Part shown: piece after piece, positions 46,377 to 49,363 of the stretch | Layout of the letters: every line of letters begins with the position of its first letter | Numbering within the stretch: the first letter of the stretch is position 1 | Origin: an uncultured Clostridiaceae bacterium | Lineage (GTDB): Bacteria; Bacillota_I; Bacilli_A; RFN20; CAG-288 | Direction: 5' to 3' | Assembly (NCBI GenBank): GCA_964444175.1 | Contig: CAYUFI010000005.1 | Location: 1 to 49,363 of the forward strand | DNA length: 49,363 nucleotides | Made by a program: the position numbers and the translations under genes | The notes under the pieces: model-generated | Told to the model about the DNA's origin: nothing | The model's input: only the letters and a program-made list of their open reading frames with translations | Database searches by the model: none

Positions 46377-47060
46377 TCAGTTCCCTTCCGTATGGTCCCA
46401 GGCGTTCTGGAAATTCCCGAGCCCGTAGGTCGTGAACGGATGCTTGAAGGATTCCTCGTAGACGCTTAAGCCCGCGGTCACGATGTCGACATCCAGTTCC
46501 GCCATGTCCGCAATCTGTTTCCCGTTGCGGACCGCTGCGGCGATGATCTCGGTCTTATATCCCTTGATCCGGTAGATGTTCGCAATCTGGGACATGTACC
46601 CGTATGTGTCCTCGCCCGAATTCTCCTTCCAGCCCAAGAACGGGGAGACGAACATCGCCCCGATGCGTCCGGCCTGGATGGCCTGGGACGGGGAGAAGAC
46701 GAGCGTCACGTTCGTCCGGACCCCTTCTTCCTCGAGGGTCTTGGCCGCCTTCAGGCCTTCCAGCGTGCACGGGATCTTGATGACGAAGTTTTCACAGAGA
46801 GAAGAAATCTTCTTCGCCTCGGAAACCATGTCCCCGGCCTTGTCTAGATGCGGATTGATCTCGACCGAGACCGGGAACTTCTCCTTGCCCTCGAGATGGT
46901 TCCTGTGAATCCATTCGGCGATGTCCCCGATAGCCTTTAAGAACGGCTTTCCCGAATTCATGATGTGCTTCGGGTTCGTGGTGACCCCGTCGATTCCATA
47001 GGCCTTATAGGCGTAATCGATCTCGTCCAGCTTCGCGGAATCCAGATAGAATTTCATCAT
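46377..47060 (-). CDS. TalC/FSA-subfamily transaldolase (candidate sulfofructose transaldolase)
   Basis: 227 aa. Motifs FYLDSA, GVTTNP, Schiff-base Lys in VIKIP, TNVTLVFS and SPFLGW. The start overlaps the GH31 stop (ATGA). Confidence 0.85.
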   Translation of the reverse strand: MMKFYLDSAKLDEIDYAYKAYGIDGVTTNPKHIMNSGKPFLKAIGDIAEWIHRNHLEGKEKFPVSVEINPHLDKAGDMVSEAKKISSLCENFVIKIPCTLEGLKAAKTLEEEGVRTNVTLVFSPSQAIQAGRIGAMFVSPFLGWKENSGEDTYGYMSQIANIYRIKGYKTEIIAAAVRNGKQIADMAELDVDIVTAGLSVYEESFKHPFTTYGLGNFQNAWDHTEGN

Positions 47061-49063
47061 TTTTCCTCCTTGTTTGAAATTGATTCGGCTTTGTTGAAAT
47101 CCATAAAATAGACGGCTAACGACTCGAATAACGGTGCGAACGGGCTATTTTCCTTATAGAAGGCGATGGGAAGCCCGAGAGGAGCCTCGAGTGTCTGTTT
47201 TCCCCGAGGGACCTTTTTATTCGTGAACATCTGCACGTACCCTTCTCCGGGGATGGTGACTTCCCATTCGCGGACAGAAGGACGGACGACCGGACAGACC
47301 AATACGTCCCTTCCGAAGAGATATTCCCTTCTCTGGACCTTCTCGTCCACGAGCGGATATTCGAAGAAGAGCGGTCTCATTAAAGGTGTCCCGTTTTCGT
47401 AATACTCCTCTTCGGAAGCAATCCTGTACGGCTTTAGTGCCGCGAAGATCTGACTGTTCCGCGCGAATTCCCCGATCACGTCCGGATCGTCGAACTGCGC
47501 GTTGTCCTTCGGGCGGTTTCCTTCGTGCGTGCGGTAGACCGGCGAGAAGATATTCATCTCGCTCCATCTCCTTAAAAGCTCCGAAGAGCGTTTCATCATC
47601 AGGATCGTCGTATACCCTCCGATGTCGGAATGGACGATGCCGCAGCCCGAGCAGCCGAGGGAGAGGGAAGCCGGGATCACCGAGCCCATCCCGTAATCGT
47701 CCGACCAGTCGACGTGCTGGTCCCCGTTCCACATCGAGTTCGTGAAGCGGAAGGTATGCCCGTACCCGGCGCGGTTGAAGAAGAAAATCTCGTCCTCCTT
47801 CCCGCTTTCGTTCACCGCGTCGCGGCAGCACTGCGCCCAGAGCGTGGGCCAGCGGTTATGGAGCTGTTCGGCGTCCCCGCCGTAGACCCTCGCGTCGGTC
47901 GGAAGATACTCCCCGAAATCCGCCATCCAGCCGGATAAGCCGATTCCGATCATGTTCTTCTTGATAATTTCCTTGTACCAGTTATAGGCCGACGGATTCG
48001 TCAGATCGACGATCCCGGCGTTGAACGTCGTGGACTTGACGAGGTACGGCTTCCCGTTCTTGCGCTTGACCAGGAAATCGTTTTTCTTCGCGTAGACGTA
48101 CTGCTCGGAATTCTCCTTGACGAACGTGTTGATGTAGCCTAAAAAACGCACGCCGTCTTTGTTCAGTTCGCGGATGAATTCCCCTAGACCCGCGTAAAGC
48201 TTCGAATCCACCTTCCAGTTCCAGTAGACCTGGTAACCGAAGGAAGTCACCACGTGGCCGCACCAGTCCTGCGCCCAGAGCGCCACGACCCGGATTCCAG
48301 CCTTCTTCGCTTCTTCGTATTTCTTCCGTAGCATCTCCGTCCCGCCCTGGACGGCCAAGATCGCCCCGTCGTTGACCCAGTCGGGAATCTTATAGGAGAT
48401 CCCCGTCAGAAAGCACAGTTTCTGCGCCAGCTCCTCCTGGGAATCTGCGGTGAGCAGAGAGATGGATTTCGGGAACTGGCGGAAATGAATCAGCACTTCC
48501 CCTTTCTTGAACGTGATGATCCCGTAGGAATCCTCGTGGCAGTAAAAGGCGTAATTCTTCGATGAGACGTAGGACGGGACCGAGACGTACGTCTGGTGGT
48601 CCTTGTATTTTCCGAGATGGTCCGGATCCGGCCCTTTCAGCTTCCAGCGGATCATCTTCTTGGCAATCTTCCACACCTGCTGGTGCTCGGAAACCCAGAT
48701 CGGGACTTTCTGACCGGCCAAGTCGACGTAAGTGTACTGTTCCCCGCAGCCGGTGATGTGTTCCCCTTCGAACGTCTTGAAGCGGATCGTGAAGCGGTTG
48801 TAGGGATAATCCACGTGGAAGTGTAGCTTCATCAGCTCTCCCCGCTCGACGATGATTTCCGCCCCGATTTTCGAATCCGAGAAGAGGAAACGGTTCCCGT
48901 TCCTGCTTACGAAGACGAGCTTGTGGCTGTCGTAGAGATGGTCCTTCGTGCGGAAGAAGCCGCGGCTCATCTTATTTTTCGCCCTGCCCTTGGAGACGAT
49001 GAGATAGCATTCCCCGCTGCTCAGCTGACGGTAGAAATATTCCTGAAGTTCCCCCGCGTTCAT
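47057..49063 (-). CDS. GH31 glycosidase of the YihQ (sulfoquinovosidase) type with a variant substrate pocket
   Basis: 668 aa from ATG 49063 (AGGAAGGAA RBS; the TTG at 49099 lacks one). YihQ-like motifs VQGGTE, WAQDW, TSFG..V.WNWK, GWMADFGEYLP, GDQHVDWS and HSDIGGYTT. Confidence 0.85.
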   Translation of the reverse strand: MNAGELQEYFYRQLSSGECYLIVSKGRAKNKMSRGFFRTKDHLYDSHKLVFVSRNGNRFLFSDSKIGAEIIVERGELMKLHFHVDYPYNRFTIRFKTFEGEHITGCGEQYTYVDLAGQKVPIWVSEHQQVWKIAKKMIRWKLKGPDPDHLGKYKDHQTYVSVPSYVSSKNYAFYCHEDSYGIITFKKGEVLIHFRQFPKSISLLTADSQEELAQKLCFLTGISYKIPDWVNDGAILAVQGGTEMLRKKYEEAKKAGIRVVALWAQDWCGHVVTSFGYQVYWNWKVDSKLYAGLGEFIRELNKDGVRFLGYINTFVKENSEQYVYAKKNDFLVKRKNGKPYLVKSTTFNAGIVDLTNPSAYNWYKEIIKKNMIGIGLSGWMADFGEYLPTDARVYGGDAEQLHNRWPTLWAQCCRDAVNESGKEDEIFFFNRAGYGHTFRFTNSMWNGDQHVDWSDDYGMGSVIPASLSLGCSGCGIVHSDIGGYTTILMMKRSSELLRRWSEMNIFSPVYRTHEGNRPKDNAQFDDPDVIGEFARNSQIFAALKPYRIASEEEYYENGTPLMRPLFFEYPLVDEKVQRREYLFGRDVLVCPVVRPSVREWEVTIPGEGYVQMFTNKKVPRGKQTLEAPLGLPIAFYKENSPFAPLFESLAVYFMDFNKAESISNKEEK

Positions 49064-49140
49064 CTTCCGTTCCTTCCTATCCGTTCCAAGCGGATTCAAG
49101 TTAATTTATTAAGCACCTTAATAAATATTTCTACACTTAT

Positions 49141-49154
49141 TGTAAGGCCTTACA
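49141..49154. promoter_or_regulatory. Perfect 14-bp palindrome upstream of the GH31 operon (candidate operator)
   Basis: TGTAAGGCCTTACA, about 80 bp upstream of the GH31 start, within an AT-rich putative promoter region. Confidence 0.3.
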
Positions 49155-49171
49155 GAAGAAGAATCAACACC

Positions 49172-49197
49172 AAAGAAAAATCCGGGGGCGTCCCCGG
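49172..49197 (-). terminator. Terminator-like hairpin separating the GH31 operon from whatever lies upstream
   Basis: The minus strand reads ccgggg-acgc-ccccgg followed by atttttcttt. Confidence 0.4.
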
Positions 49198-49363
49198 AAG
49201 AAGAGTTCAAAAGATTTCGAGGAGATGGATCCTTCGTGGACGATCTTCCCTCTCAGATGTTCCGGCACGATCTCGAGAAGACCGACGTCGTTCCCGAAGC
49301 GGACGATGATGAAAAGGGGCTGTTACGAAATTGATTCCTCCAAAGGGTCAGTTCTGACAGCCT

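Overview
Chromosomal segment that looks like a Bacillota (Clostridia-like) genome. Codons show a strong G/C preference at third positions, which creates many long antisense shadow ORFs. About 45 genes are supportable, mostly sugar catabolism and central carbon metabolism. In order: a HAD phosphatase; a hypothetical protein with an internal duplication; pyrG with a GGGC/C-tract leader; a TetR / GH36 alpha-galactosidase / GT28-like operon; a DUF308 membrane protein; tRNA-Ala(CGC); an L-rhamnose locus (rhaB-rhaA-rhaD, a convergent GH78 rhamnosidase, a DeoR regulator); a siderophore/corrinoid-type ABC importer with a coupled methyltransferase; a second TetR; nrdDG; a decayed GH2-like remnant; a second HAD; a PAS-GAF-GGDEF cyclase; class-3 FBPase; trmO; a PFK with a PPi-type signature; a ~2 kb islet of IS debris plus an AT-rich orphan gene; eno; a ZIP transporter; a GAF/fRMsr-like protein; glutathione peroxidase; a flavin reductase; and PFOR. 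The window ends with a tightly packed seven-gene minus-strand operon: GH31, transaldolase, beta-hydroxyacid dehydrogenase, FucI-like isomerase, DUF4867, TauE exporter, ROK regulator. This operon has the architecture of the transaldolase-type sulfoquinovose (sulfo-TAL) pathway. However, it carries non-canonical residues at three positions that bind the sulfonate or phosphate group in characterised homologues, and this is the most interesting signal in the window. I saw no CRISPR array, rRNA, prophage or recognisable defence system. All family calls rest on motif recognition by eye; no database search was possible.
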